A DNA stretch of 64,000 bases from Coraliomargaritaceae bacterium (GTDB lineage Bacteria; Verrucomicrobiota; Verrucomicrobiia; Opitutales; Coraliomargaritaceae): assembly GCA_965656495.1 (NCBI GenBank), contig CBFHKU010000009.1:1-64000 (forward strand), written 5' to 3'. Shown one piece after another: positions 1 to 9,569 of this stretch (the stretch's first letter is position 1; the number at the start of each line of letters is the position of its first letter). The translations under genes were made by a program, and so were the position numbers. The notes beneath the pieces were generated by a model. The model was given only the letters and a program-made list of their open reading frames with translations, was not told the DNA's origin and made no database searches.

Positions 1-49
1 CCGCATCGTTGCCGTCTCCCAGGACATAGGCTTGCTTTGTTTTGGACAT
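1..49 (-). CDS. 5' end of an unidentified gene running off the left edge (MSKTKQAYVLGDGNDA...)
   Basis: ATG (CAT at 47-49) opens a frame with no stop to the window edge; AT-rich promoter-like region at 50-120. Too short to identify. Confidence 0.45.
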   Translation of the reverse strand, partial: MSKTKQAYVLGDGNDA

Positions 50-152
50 ATACCGAGTAATGCAGGATAAAGCCCCAAAGTAAACAAAGTATATTACACC
101 TAATGTAAAATATTAGGCTTTGAGTGCAGGTGAGCTGCGCCGTGGGCGGAAA

Positions 153-602
153 CTACTCGCTGTTGTCGGTGGGGATGGTGTTGGGCGTGGCGACCGCGAG
201 GATGGGGGTCTTGGTTTTTACCCAGAGGTTCTCCTCTTTCATGAATTTGGGCCCGACCACTTCGCAGGCTTCACCGATGGTCTTGACCGGGAGGCGTCGT
301 CCTTTGGGGGTCGCGTTGTAATTATAGGTGGCGCGAATGATGCGCTCGCTGGTGGTGACGGGGGAATCGTCTTCGGGGATTTGGAGAATCCAACCGGTGA
401 TATCCTTTTCGGCGAGGGCACCATCGGCGTCAGCAAGGAGCACCACAAATTGTTTTTTAACGGGGGGCGGTCGATTGGCGCGCTCCTCTTCCTCGATTTG
501 GATTTGGAGTTTCAGGTCGTCAATGATGGCATTGAGCTTCTGGATATCGGTATTGTTTTGTTCAAGGACGCGCTGGACGGTATCGAGGTCAATTTTAGGC
601 AT
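153..602 (-). CDS. Hypothetical protein with N-terminal coiled coil
   Basis: 149-aa ORF with natural composition, co-directional with neighbours; no recognised motif. Confidence 0.8.
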   Translation of the reverse strand: MPKIDLDTVQRVLEQNNTDIQKLNAIIDDLKLQIQIEEEERANRPPPVKKQFVVLLADADGALAEKDITGWILQIPEDDSPVTTSERIIRATYNYNATPKGRRLPVKTIGEACEVVGPKFMKEENLWVKTKTPILAVATPNTIPTDNSE

Positions 603-665
603 AGTTCAAGAGATTCACGCAGGCGGGTGAGCTGCGCAAGCGGGAATTGCGGGGCGGCTAAAAAT

Positions 666-3389
666 TTAGGGCAGGGAACCCGCCGCAACATCGACGAGGG
701 CCTCGGGGTCGAGGTATTTACGGATCGCGGCATTGACCTGCTCCGCCGTAATTCCAGCAAGTTTCTTTGGATGGGTGTCAATATACTGCGCGGGGTAGCC
801 GCGTTTCAGGAAGCTGTGGATTTGACCGGCAACCGCAGAGGTGGTGGATAGGCCGACGAGGTATTTCCCGTTGAGGGTCGTGCAGGCCGCTTCGACCTCC
901 GCTTGAGTTACCCCTTCCTGCGCCCATTGGCGAAGGACATCGAGGGTGGCGGCGCGTCCCGTCTCAAGGGTTTCAGGGGCAAAACTGGCGCTGAGGGACC
1001 AGTGGCCGGGGGTCAGTATATCGCCGGTATGGCCTGAATGAATGCTGTAAGTGAGCCCTTGTTTGACGCGGATTTCCGTCATGAGTCGGGAATGAAAACT
1101 GCCGCCGAGGATGTAGTTGCCGACCGCGAAGGGGAGGTAGTCGGGATCGGTGCGCTGCAGCCCGGTAAATTGACCGAGGGAAAGGGAAACGCTGGTTTTA
1201 TCGGGGATTTGAATGTTGAGATTTTGTGCTGCGACGGCCTGCACGGGCGGCGTATTTTCGGGGTAGGGGCTGCCGCCCTGCCAATCATCGAATGAAGCCG
1301 CGATGGCGGCCGAGAGTTGATCAAAATCAATATCGCCCGCAAAGACGAGGGTCATGGATGCGGGGCCGTAGTAGTCTTTGTGAAACTTACGGAGATCTTC
1401 AACGGTGGTGTTTTCGAGGACTTCCAGTTGTAGTTCGAGCGGGCTGCTGTAATTCGGGTGATTCTCGGGGTAGAGGAGGCGGCTGAGAGCGGAGCCCGCG
1501 CGAAAATCGGGGTTATGGGTGGCGCGCAGGATGTTGGCGCGGGTGCGTTCTTTGAGGTTGTCGAAGACTTCTTTTTCAAAGGCGGGTAGGCGGAGTTGTT
1601 CGGCGAGGAGGTCGATGACAAAACCGGCGTCGTTGCGGAGGAATTTTCCGCTGAAGCTGAGGCTGTGCGCCCCTGCTTGGAAACCGAGTTCGGCGCCGAG
1701 GGTATCGAGGCTTTCGGCAAGGGCAAAGCGGTCATTGCGTTCGGTGCCCTGGTCGAGCATCTGGGCGGTGAGGCTTGCGAGGAGTGGATTTTCGGCGGGA
1801 TTGCGGGCGTTTCCGGCGGCAAAGCTGCCGACAAAAGCGACCACTTTATCGACTGGCATATCGACCGTCACGAGGCGAATTGGGCCGATTTTGGCTTCGC
1901 GGATAGCCGGGGTAAAGTTGACGGTGGCGGCGGGTGTGGGGCCTGTTTCGCTGGGCGCGTCGGCGGGTTGGTTCCCGAGCGCGGGGTCGCGGAAGTAGTT
2001 CGGAGTGGGGAGGCTGGCGGAGATGGGCCGCTCATTTTTTTGAGGGATAAACCAACCGGTGGTGCGGGTTTGTTGAATCAGGTATTTTTCAGCGGTGCGT
2101 TGAATTTCGGCGGGGGTCACTTTTTGGATGGCCTCGGGGAGGGTGAGGTAGGTGCTCCAATCGCCGAGGGCGATGCATTCGTTGATGGCACTGGCAATCG
2201 CGTAGGGGCCGTCGCGGTCGTAAACGGTTTGGGCTTCGATCACGGATTTCGCGCGCTGTAATTCTTCCTCGCTCACGCCGCCCGCAATGAGGTTTTCAAT
2301 TTCCTGAATAATGAGGGCTTCCGCCTCCGCATGGGTGGAATCCGGGGTCAGGAAGGCGCCCAGAAAAAAGAGGCTGGGGTCGTGTAATTGAGGTGCGAAG
2401 GAGAAGGTTTGGCTGGCTTTTCCCTTGTCGTCCAGTGAGCGGTAGAGACGCCCGGTTTGGTTGGCTCCGAGGATTTGCTCAATGAGGCGAAGGGCCGCCC
2501 AGTCGCGGTGGGTGCCCTCGGGGACTTTGTGCGCGAGTGCCACGACGCCGACTTCACCGGCGCGTTCAATGGAAAGGCGGCGCTCCCCGCGTTGCTCCGG
2601 TTCAAGGGTGTCGACGGTCGGGATTGGTTCGGGTGCTTTGGGGATCGCTCCGTAATATTTGAGAATGGCCGCGAGGGTGGCGTTGCGTTCGAAGCCGCCG
2701 ATGATGGTAAGGGTCGTGTTTTCCGGCCAATAGAAGGTGTCGTAGAATTGGCGCAGTTTTTCGGGACTGGTGTTTTCGATGTCGGAGCGCCAGCCGATGA
2801 CGGGATGGCTGTAGGGGTGCGCCATGAAAGCGGTCGCGTAGATTTCCTTGATAAGGGTGCGAACGGGGTTGTTCTCGCCGCGTTCATACTCGTTGCGCAC
2901 CACCGTCATTTCAGACTCGAGGTCCTCGGCTCGGATGCGGAGGTTGCGCATGCGGTCGGCTTCGAGTTCGATGGCGAGGGGTACAAATTCGCTGGGCAGG
3001 ACGGCGTAGTAATTGGTGCGGTCGTAGTAGGTGGTGGCATTGGAGCGCGCGCCAACGCGTTCCATGGTCGGGGAGTAGCTTGCCTCGCCCGTGAAATTTT
3101 CAGTGCCTTTAAACATCATGTGCTCAAGGATGTGGGTTGCACCGGTGGTGCCGGTAACTTCGTGGCGTCCGCCTACGCCGTAGGTCACCATCACCGCCGC
3201 AACGGGAGTCTGGGCATCCGGCATAAGGAGCACGCGCAGTCCGTTATCGTTGAGGGTGTAGGACTCGATCCCGCCGCGGGTTTCGAGATGGGTGAAGCCC
3301 GTGAGGGCATCCTGAGCTTGAAGCGGTTGATGCGAGCACATGGTTGCGATAAGGAAAGCGGTGAGTCGGATGATGGCGTTATTGCTCAT
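666..3389 (-). CDS. M16 family (pitrilysin/PqqL-like) zinc metallopeptidase, exported
   Basis: Inverted zincin motif HILEH, NATT..DRTNY, two-lobed 907-aa architecture, N-terminal signal peptide. Confidence 0.92.
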   Translation of the reverse strand: MSNNAIIRLTAFLIATMCSHQPLQAQDALTGFTHLETRGGIESYTLNDNGLRVLLMPDAQTPVAAVMVTYGVGGRHEVTGTTGATHILEHMMFKGTENFTGEASYSPTMERVGARSNATTYYDRTNYYAVLPSEFVPLAIELEADRMRNLRIRAEDLESEMTVVRNEYERGENNPVRTLIKEIYATAFMAHPYSHPVIGWRSDIENTSPEKLRQFYDTFYWPENTTLTIIGGFERNATLAAILKYYGAIPKAPEPIPTVDTLEPEQRGERRLSIERAGEVGVVALAHKVPEGTHRDWAALRLIEQILGANQTGRLYRSLDDKGKASQTFSFAPQLHDPSLFFLGAFLTPDSTHAEAEALIIQEIENLIAGGVSEEELQRAKSVIEAQTVYDRDGPYAIASAINECIALGDWSTYLTLPEAIQKVTPAEIQRTAEKYLIQQTRTTGWFIPQKNERPISASLPTPNYFRDPALGNQPADAPSETGPTPAATVNFTPAIREAKIGPIRLVTVDMPVDKVVAFVGSFAAGNARNPAENPLLASLTAQMLDQGTERNDRFALAESLDTLGAELGFQAGAHSLSFSGKFLRNDAGFVIDLLAEQLRLPAFEKEVFDNLKERTRANILRATHNPDFRAGSALSRLLYPENHPNYSSPLELQLEVLENTTVEDLRKFHKDYYGPASMTLVFAGDIDFDQLSAAIAASFDDWQGGSPYPENTPPVQAVAAQNLNIQIPDKTSVSLSLGQFTGLQRTDPDYLPFAVGNYILGGSFHSRLMTEIRVKQGLTYSIHSGHTGDILTPGHWSLSASFAPETLETGRAATLDVLRQWAQEGVTQAEVEAACTTLNGKYLVGLSTTSAVAGQIHSFLKRGYPAQYIDTHPKKLAGITAEQVNAAIRKYLDPEALVDVAAGSLP

Positions 3390-3462
3390 GACTAAGAAGA
3401 GTCAGTTGGAGGAGGCTGAAGTTCCGCCTGTGAATGTTTTAAGGGTAGTCCTTGGGAGGGTT

Positions 3463-4350
3463 TTAGGCGTGGGATTGCGTGGTGAGCAATTCGATAAGTT
3501 TTTTCATTGCGGGAGTGAGGACGCGACCCTTGCGGTGGATGAGGGCGAGGGGGCGGCGGAAGCTATGTTTTTTAAAGGGAATGACTTTGAGGAGGTTTTG
3601 TGCTTCTTCGCGGGTGACGGTTGTTTGGGGTAGGATCGCGAGCCCCGCGTTGATTTCAACGGCGCGTTTTACGGTTTCAACGTTATCGAATTCCATGACG
3701 AGTTCGGAATCGATGTTGAATTCACGGAAGATGCGGTCGGTGGCTTTGCGGGTTGGGATATCCGGTTCAAAGCCGATAAATTTGTGGCCATTCAGTTCGG
3801 AGATATCGATCGTGGATTTCTTGGCAAAGGGATGTTCGGGGCTGGCGACCAGAATGAGGGTGTCGTCATGAAAGGGATGGACCTCGAGCTGTTTGTGTTT
3901 TTCCGGGTAGGCGATGAGGCCGAGGTCGATGGAATTATTCAGGATGTCTTCATAGACCATGTTGGCGCGGCGGTATTCTACGCGGATATTGACCTCCGGG
4001 TAGTCTGCCAGAAAGATTTTGATGTAGGGGGGCAGTTCATGGAGACCGATGCTGTAAACCGTGGAAATATGGATGGTGCCGCTGATTTCCTTCCGCATTT
4101 CCTGAAGCTCACTGTTCAGGGTCTCGTAGAGTCGCAGCATTTCCTTGGCGGATCCGTAGAGTTTTTTACCCTCGTTGGTGAGCCGGAACTGCTTCTGACT
4201 GCGGTCCACAATCAAGACCTTGAAGTGCTTTTCCATGCCCCGCAGTTGTTGACTGACCGCTGATTGGGTGATGCCATTCAATTTAGCCGCCCGCGAAAAA
4301 CTCTCGCTTTCAACTAGATCCGCAAAGACTTTGAAATTTTCCACGTGCAT
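3463..4350 (-). CDS. LysR family transcriptional regulator
   Basis: N-terminal HTH (SFSRAAKLNGITQSAVSQQ) plus LysR substrate-binding domain, 295 aa. Confidence 0.95.
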   Translation of the reverse strand: MHVENFKVFADLVESESFSRAAKLNGITQSAVSQQLRGMEKHFKVLIVDRSQKQFRLTNEGKKLYGSAKEMLRLYETLNSELQEMRKEISGTIHISTVYSIGLHELPPYIKIFLADYPEVNIRVEYRRANMVYEDILNNSIDLGLIAYPEKHKQLEVHPFHDDTLILVASPEHPFAKKSTIDISELNGHKFIGFEPDIPTRKATDRIFREFNIDSELVMEFDNVETVKRAVEINAGLAILPQTTVTREEAQNLLKVIPFKKHSFRRPLALIHRKGRVLTPAMKKLIELLTTQSHA

Positions 4351-4351
4351 T

Positions 4352-4412
4352 ATAAGTTTACACTATAAAGTTCTCTAATAAGAAAAACAAACAAAGAATC
4401 AGAAAAACTTAT
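4352..4412. promoter_or_regulatory. Putative LysR-type T-N11-A operator boxes in the divergent LysR/yggS intergenic region
   Basis: ATA-N9-TAT at 4352-4366 and ATC-N9-TAT at 4398-4412 in an AT-rich divergent promoter region. Confidence 0.4.
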
Positions 4413-4450
4413 GTTGTTTTTCGCGATAAATAAAACTACTAACCTGTACT

Positions 4451-5164
4451 ATGATTGGGGCTGAGGCATTTAATTCAAATTTAGCGGTTTTGCAGAGGCG
4501 GATTGCGGCAGCCTGCGCGGCATCGGGTCGAGACCTCAGCTCGGTACAATTATTGCCGGTGACCAAAAATCACGGGGTGGAAGCGGTGCAATATGCGAAC
4601 GAGGCGGGGCTGCGGGCAGTTGGAGAGAACCGCGTGCAGGAGGCCGCGAGCAAGCGCGCCGCCGCGGCGGATTTGAATCTGCGCTGGGAATTGATCGGGC
4701 ATTTGCAGTCCAACAAAGCCAAGGAAGCGGTGGCGGTCTTCGACCGCATTCAATCCGTCGATTCCCTCAAACTCCTCGAGCGTCTGGATCGCCTCGCGGG
4801 AGAGGCGGGCAAAACCCTACCGATTTTGTTGCAGTGCAACGCCGGGGCGGATCCCCGCAAATACGGATTTATGGTCGATGCGATGGAGGGAGCTATGGAG
4901 CGCGCCCTCGCAGCGGAGCATTTAAAGGTCGAGGGCCTTATGACGATTGCGCCGCTTGACGATGCCCCTGAGGTGGCGGCGCAATGCTTTGAACGATTGC
5001 GCGACTTGCGCGACGAATTGTCGGCGCGTTACGGGGTGGAACTCCGGGAATTATCGATGGGGATGACCGACGACCTCGAGGCGGCGATTGCGGCGGGCTC
5101 AACTCAGATTCGGGTCGGGACTGCCCTGTATGGTTCGCGTGCCGCGGCCGCGGATTCGCAATAA
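4451..5164 (+). CDS. yggS: YggS/PLPBP pyridoxal phosphate homeostasis protein
   Basis: Motifs VTK, GENRVQE, IGHLQSNK, LSMGMTDD, IRVGTALYG. Confidence 0.95.
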   Translation: MIGAEAFNSNLAVLQRRIAAACAASGRDLSSVQLLPVTKNHGVEAVQYANEAGLRAVGENRVQEAASKRAAAADLNLRWELIGHLQSNKAKEAVAVFDRIQSVDSLKLLERLDRLAGEAGKTLPILLQCNAGADPRKYGFMVDAMEGAMERALAAEHLKVEGLMTIAPLDDAPEVAAQCFERLRDLRDELSARYGVELRELSMGMTDDLEAAIAAGSTQIRVGTALYGSRAAAADSQ

Positions 5165-5240
5165 TTGACTTCCAAAAAGAGCAAGTGAGGGGCAAGCTTG
5201 CGGTGTCGGTCTTAAATTCGACGCGTCACAGCCCAGCCCA

Positions 5241-6173
5241 ATGGATACAGAAAAAACCTATACGCTCGAGGATCTCGACCGCTTGGAATTTCCAGGTACG
5301 GCGTTGGCGGTGCTGGGGGATCCGGTACGCCACTCCCTGAGTCCCGCCATGCACAACGCCGCCTTGGCGGTGCTTGCCGATTCCGATGCGCGCTTTGCGG
5401 ACTGGGCGTATTACCGCTTTGAAGTGCCCGCTTCGGAACTTGCCGCCGCCCTGCCTCGTTTTCACGCGAGAGGATTTGCGGGCTTGAATTTAACGGTGCC
5501 GCACAAAGTGTTGGCGCTGGAAACCGTAAGAGAACTTTCCGTCGACGCCCTTGCGATGGGCGCGGTCAATACCCTGAAACGTGCCGAATCGGGCTGGGTC
5601 GGCTACAATACCGATGGCTACGGTCTCGAGCGTGGAGTGGAATCGATGCTGGACCTGCGCCTCGAGGGCTCGGTGGTCATGCTGGCGGGATCTGGAGGGG
5701 CGGCACGCGCCGCGGCGGTGCAATGCCTCCGCTCCGGATGTTCGAAATTATATCTCGGGAACCGCAGCCCGGAACGCCTGGCGGGGCTCTGTGAAATCTT
5801 GGCAGCCATGGAGGCGCAATCGGCGGTCGAAACCTTTTCGCTGCAGGTGCTGCCGGCGGATCTGCCCGCGAACGGGATTTTCATCAATGCCACTTCCCTG
5901 GGTTTGCGCCGCGAGGATCCATCCCCGGTCGATGTGGGGGCGTTGCCCTCGGCTTGGTCGGTCTACGACATGGTTTACAATCCCCCGGAAACGCGATTGC
6001 TCGCTACGGCAAAGGCGCGTGGCATGAACTGCGCGAACGGGCTCTCGATGCTGGTACATCAGGGGGCGCGCGCCCTCGAAATTTGGACCGATTGCCCGGT
6101 CGATGCCGCAGTCATGCAGTCCGCGGCGGAAGCGGCGATCGCAGGAAATACAGGAGGTGAGCCGGATGCTTGA
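5241..6173 (+). CDS. aroE: Shikimate dehydrogenase
   Basis: GDPVRHSLSPAMHN, NLTVPHK, GAVNT, NTDGYG, GSGGAARA, INATSLG, DMVYNP. Confidence 0.95.
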   Translation: MDTEKTYTLEDLDRLEFPGTALAVLGDPVRHSLSPAMHNAALAVLADSDARFADWAYYRFEVPASELAAALPRFHARGFAGLNLTVPHKVLALETVRELSVDALAMGAVNTLKRAESGWVGYNTDGYGLERGVESMLDLRLEGSVVMLAGSGGAARAAAVQCLRSGCSKLYLGNRSPERLAGLCEILAAMEAQSAVETFSLQVLPADLPANGIFINATSLGLRREDPSPVDVGALPSAWSVYDMVYNPPETRLLATAKARGMNCANGLSMLVHQGARALEIWTDCPVDAAVMQSAAEAAIAGNTGGEPDA

Positions 6174-7074
6174 AAACTATGAAATGATACGTGCGGAGTT
6201 GCCGTGGTTCTTTCCGCTCCTCGCCTTTGTCTTTGGCGCGGTGGTGGGCAGTTTTTTGAATGTATGCATCTACCGCATCCCCAAGGATGAATCCGTCATA
6301 AGTCCGCCCTCGACCTGTGCCTGCGGCGTTCGCATACCCTGGTATTTTAACCTTCCGATTCTGAGCTGGTTGATGCTCCGTGGTCGCGCCGCCTGTTGCG
6401 GACAAGCATTCAGCCTCCGCTATCCGATAGTGGAACTCCTCACGGGATTGATTTTCCTGGCCTGTTGGCTGCAGTTTCCCCCGCTGCTTGCGGTGACGGG
6501 GATGTTCTTTGCCGCTCTCCTGCTCGTGGCAACCTTCGTTGACCTTGATCATATGATTATCCCCGACCGGTGCTCGATCGGCGGCATGTGCGGCGGGGTG
6601 ATCCTTTCCTTTTTAATACCCGGCCTCCACGGCCTTGAGGGAACCGGAGTCGGCGCACACCTTGAATCCGGAGTGACCGCTATCATTGGAGCGATTGTCG
6701 GCGCGGGCCTCGTTTATTGGCTCGCGGTGCTCGGAGAGGTGATTCTTCGTAAACCCGCGATGGGGGAGGGAGACGTGAAATTCCTCGGGTGCATCGGCGC
6801 CTTTTGCGGATGGCAGGGCGCGCTTTTTGGATTGTTCGGCGGCGCGGTGATCGGGAGCGCGATACTGCTTCCGCTTATGCTTCTGGGGCGGATCTTCGGT
6901 TGGAAGCAAACCATCATCGACGAGGAAGCAGGCACCGAAGAAGTGGTCACCTTCGGGTCGTGCGTTCCCTTTGGCCCCATGTTGGCGGTTGCGGGCCTCC
7001 TTTATTTCCTCGGTTTCAATACCTACGTGGATGCCTATCTAAACGAAGCGCTCGCGCTCTTCCGCGCTTTTTAA
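6166..7074 (+). CDS. pilD: Type IV prepilin peptidase (A24 family, PilD-like)
   Basis: GSFLNVCIYRIP, Cys cluster, VDLDHMIIPD, MGEGDVK, VPFGPML; start taken at ATG 6166 (8-nt overlap with aroE). Confidence 0.92.
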   Translation: MLENYEMIRAELPWFFPLLAFVFGAVVGSFLNVCIYRIPKDESVISPPSTCACGVRIPWYFNLPILSWLMLRGRAACCGQAFSLRYPIVELLTGLIFLACWLQFPPLLAVTGMFFAALLLVATFVDLDHMIIPDRCSIGGMCGGVILSFLIPGLHGLEGTGVGAHLESGVTAIIGAIVGAGLVYWLAVLGEVILRKPAMGEGDVKFLGCIGAFCGWQGALFGLFGGAVIGSAILLPLMLLGRIFGWKQTIIDEEAGTEEVVTFGSCVPFGPMLAVAGLLYFLGFNTYVDAYLNEALALFRAF

Positions 7075-7099
7075 GGATCGCCGCGCCGTAGAATTTCAT

Positions 7100-7136
7100 A
7101 AAAAAAACTTGGCATGCGTGGCCACTACGCTAATTT
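7100..7136 (+). promoter_or_regulatory. Putative sigma-70 promoter for tRNA-Tyr
   Basis: A-tract, TTGGCA (7109-7114), 16-bp spacer, TAATTT (7131-7136), about 20 bp upstream of the tRNA. Confidence 0.35.
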
Positions 7137-7157
7137 CCACCGTTTCAGTCTATGGAC

Positions 7158-7276
<119 letters not shown>

Positions 7277-7303
7277 GGGCCGGATGAGAACCCAAACCAA
7301 TAA

Positions 7304-7331
7304 ATTCGTGTGATCCGAGTGATTCGTAGTT
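7304..7331 (-). repeat. Short 3 x 9-bp tandem element (AACTACGAAT CACTCGGAT CACACGAAT on the minus strand)
   Basis: Plus strand reads attcgtgtg atccgagtg attcgtagt t. Confidence 0.6.
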
Positions 7332-7440
7332 CTTGTTTTCATGGTTCCTATTTCTATTACGAAAGACACCAAAAATGCGACGGCCTGCGCCCTGTGGCCA
7401 GATATGCCGTATTTTGTAACGCAGAGGAATTGAGAATGGT

Positions 7441-7635
7441 TTTTGATTGAAACGCAGAGAAGCGGAGAAATGGAGAATGGTCTTTTGATTGAAACGCAGA
7501 GAAGCGGAGAAATGGAGAATGGTCTTTTGATTGAAACGCAGAGAAGCGGAGAAATGGAGAATGGTCTTTTGATTGAAACGCAGAGAAGCGGAGAAATAGA
7601 GAATGGTCTTTTGAGTGAAACGCAGAGAAGCGGAG
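7441..7635 (+). repeat. 42-bp tandem repeat, 4 full copies plus 1 partial (TTTTGATTGAAACGCAGAGAAGCGGAGAAATGGAGAATGGTC)
   Basis: Units start at 7441, 7483, 7525, 7567 and 7609; first three identical, fourth with one substitution, fifth truncated; degenerate copy at about 7412-7440. Confidence 0.95.
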
Positions 7636-7702
7636 GAGCAGAGGAAAGGAGGGATTAATCGCTCCACTCCTTTCAAGGGGAGGTCACCTGCCCCGGTTGG
7701 AG

Positions 7703-8476
7703 CTATTCTCCGAAGAGCTTCATGAGTTGGTTGGCGGCGCGGTCGATGACTTGTTCTTTGGTGGTATCGAGAGCGCCCTTGCCGGTATTGCCGAGGAATT
7801 CGGTGGAATTCTGGAGGGCGGGGCCGACGACGTTTAGGATTTCCTGAATGATCTGGTCACCGAGCTCGGCAAAGGAGGGGCCGTCATCTGCGCCGATGTT
7901 TTCAAAGGAAAGAGCGGGTAACGGGACTTCGAGGCCCATGCCCATGAGTCCGGCATAAACGGTGCCGCCTTTGACTTGAAAGTCTTCAATGATGACTTTT
8001 TTGGCGGGTTTGTCGGAAGCGGGTTCGCTCGGGGTGCCTTCTATGTTTTCTCCACCGGCACCGGGTAGGTTTTGGACGAAGGCTTTAATATTGTTTTGAA
8101 GGTCTTTGAGGTTGGAGCCCTTGAGGGTTTTCTCGTAGCTGATCTTGGGGCCGTTGATATGCACTTTTTCAACGACGATGGTGTCGCTGGTAAGGCTGGT
8201 GGGTTTAACGTCGACTTCGATTTCACCGAGTTCAAAGATATTTTCGCTTTTATAGCCTTCGGGGTTGCCGACCTTGAGTCCGGTGATAGTCCCACTGCCG
8301 GAGGTGAGTGAGAGGTCGACCGCTTCAACACTGACGGGTGTTTGGGTGACTTTTGGACCGACGGTATTGATGGTGGTGGTGACGCCTTTGTTTAGGAGGC
8401 CGGAACCGAAGAAGAAGAGGCCAATGAGGCAAAGTGCGAAGAGGCCGAGAAGGAAAAAGAATATTTTTTTGAGCAT
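7703..8476 (-). CDS. AsmA-like membrane-anchored hypothetical protein
   Basis: N-terminal hydrophobic anchor then beta-rich GLKVGNPEGY...IVVEKVHI...SNL pattern typical of short AsmA-family proteins. Confidence 0.75.
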   Translation of the reverse strand: MLKKIFFFLLGLFALCLIGLFFFGSGLLNKGVTTTINTVGPKVTQTPVSVEAVDLSLTSGSGTITGLKVGNPEGYKSENIFELGEIEVDVKPTSLTSDTIVVEKVHINGPKISYEKTLKGSNLKDLQNNIKAFVQNLPGAGGENIEGTPSEPASDKPAKKVIIEDFQVKGGTVYAGLMGMGLEVPLPALSFENIGADDGPSFAELGDQIIQEILNVVGPALQNSTEFLGNTGKGALDTTKEQVIDRAANQLMKLFGE

Positions 8477-8578
8477 AATTTAAGAAATGTTAAAATATAT
8501 GGGGATGGCGGTATGGCGAGCTAAAAAAGTGGGCTGCTAATTGCTTTACCTTTGTATCAAAGGGGCTAGTTTCCGTTC

Positions 8579-9565
8579 ATGAGCAGTAATGTATCAGACA
8601 GCCTTGAGATAGCACGGGCGGCGATGCGGGCGGAGGCGGCGGCGATTGAAGCGTCGGCGGGTCGCCTGAGTGCTGCGTTTGAAAAGGCGGTCGAGATTTT
8701 ACAGGCGGCGGGATCGAAGGTCGTAGTCTGCGGGATCGGGAAGTCGGGTCATATCGGATCGAAATTGGCGGCGACGCTTTCCAGTAGTGGCACCCCGGCG
8801 GTTTTTCTGCACGCTGCGGAAGCGATCCATGGGGATCTGGGGCTTTATCAAGCGGGGGATCCGACGATCCTGCTTTCAAAGAGCGGGAGCACCGAGGAAT
8901 TGCTGCGCTTGTTGCCTTTTTTCCGGAAACAGGAATCGCCGATCATCGCAATCGTGGGCAATACGGAATCGCCTCTTGCGGAGGCGGCGGACGCGGTATT
9001 GGACGCGAGCGTTGAACGGGAAGCGGATCCTTTAAATTTGATGCCGACCGCGAGTTCGACGGTGAGTCTGGCGCTGGGGGATGCCTTGGCCTCGGCGCTG
9101 GTGAAGGCGCGCGGTTTTACGGCGGAGGAATTTGCAGGTTTCCATCCGGGTGGTCAGTTGGGTCGTAATCTTTTATTAACGGTGGGGGATGTAATGCACC
9201 CGCTGGAACGGGTGGCACGGGTCGCGGAATCTGCAAGCCTGCGGGAAGTGGTCATTGAGATGTCGCGTTGTGCGCTGGGTGCGGCTTGTATGGTGGATGA
9301 CAAAGGTGCATTGGTGGGGCTCCTGACGGATGGTGATGTGCGGCGATTGCTGACGGAGGAGGATCTGGATTTGAGCAAGGCGGTGGGCGAATGCATGACG
9401 CGGAATCCCATCGCGATATCGAAAGCCATCACCTTGGGGGAGGCGGTTCGTTTGATGGAAACGCGCCGTTCTCAAATTTCAGTATTACCGGTGACGGAGC
9501 CGGAGACGGGGGTTTTGCTGGGGCTCTTCCGCCTGCACGACGCCTACCAGCCGAATTTTTCCTGA
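8579..9565 (+). CDS. kdsD: KpsF/GutQ family arabinose-5-phosphate isomerase (SIS + CBS)
   Basis: GIGKSGHIG, EAIHGDLG, SKSGST, PTASS, FHPGGQLG, C-terminal CBS pair. Confidence 0.93.
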   Translation: MSSNVSDSLEIARAAMRAEAAAIEASAGRLSAAFEKAVEILQAAGSKVVVCGIGKSGHIGSKLAATLSSSGTPAVFLHAAEAIHGDLGLYQAGDPTILLSKSGSTEELLRLLPFFRKQESPIIAIVGNTESPLAEAADAVLDASVEREADPLNLMPTASSTVSLALGDALASALVKARGFTAEEFAGFHPGGQLGRNLLLTVGDVMHPLERVARVAESASLREVVIEMSRCALGAACMVDDKGALVGLLTDGDVRRLLTEEDLDLSKAVGECMTRNPIAISKAITLGEAVRLMETRRSQISVLPVTEPETGVLLGLFRLHDAYQPNFS

Positions 9566-9569
9566 TTTT

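Noticed and set aside
7441..7635. CRISPR array (units contain ATTGAAAC)
   Set aside because: Units are head-to-tail and essentially identical with no unique spacers; no cas genes in the window.
8468..8495. dif-like site TTTGAGCATAA-TTTAAG-AAATGTTAAAA
   Set aside because: 16/22 arm matches to E. coli dif with a 6-bp spacer, but the conserved inner TTAT of the XerD arm is missing and it overlaps a start codon in AT-rich DNA; likely chance.
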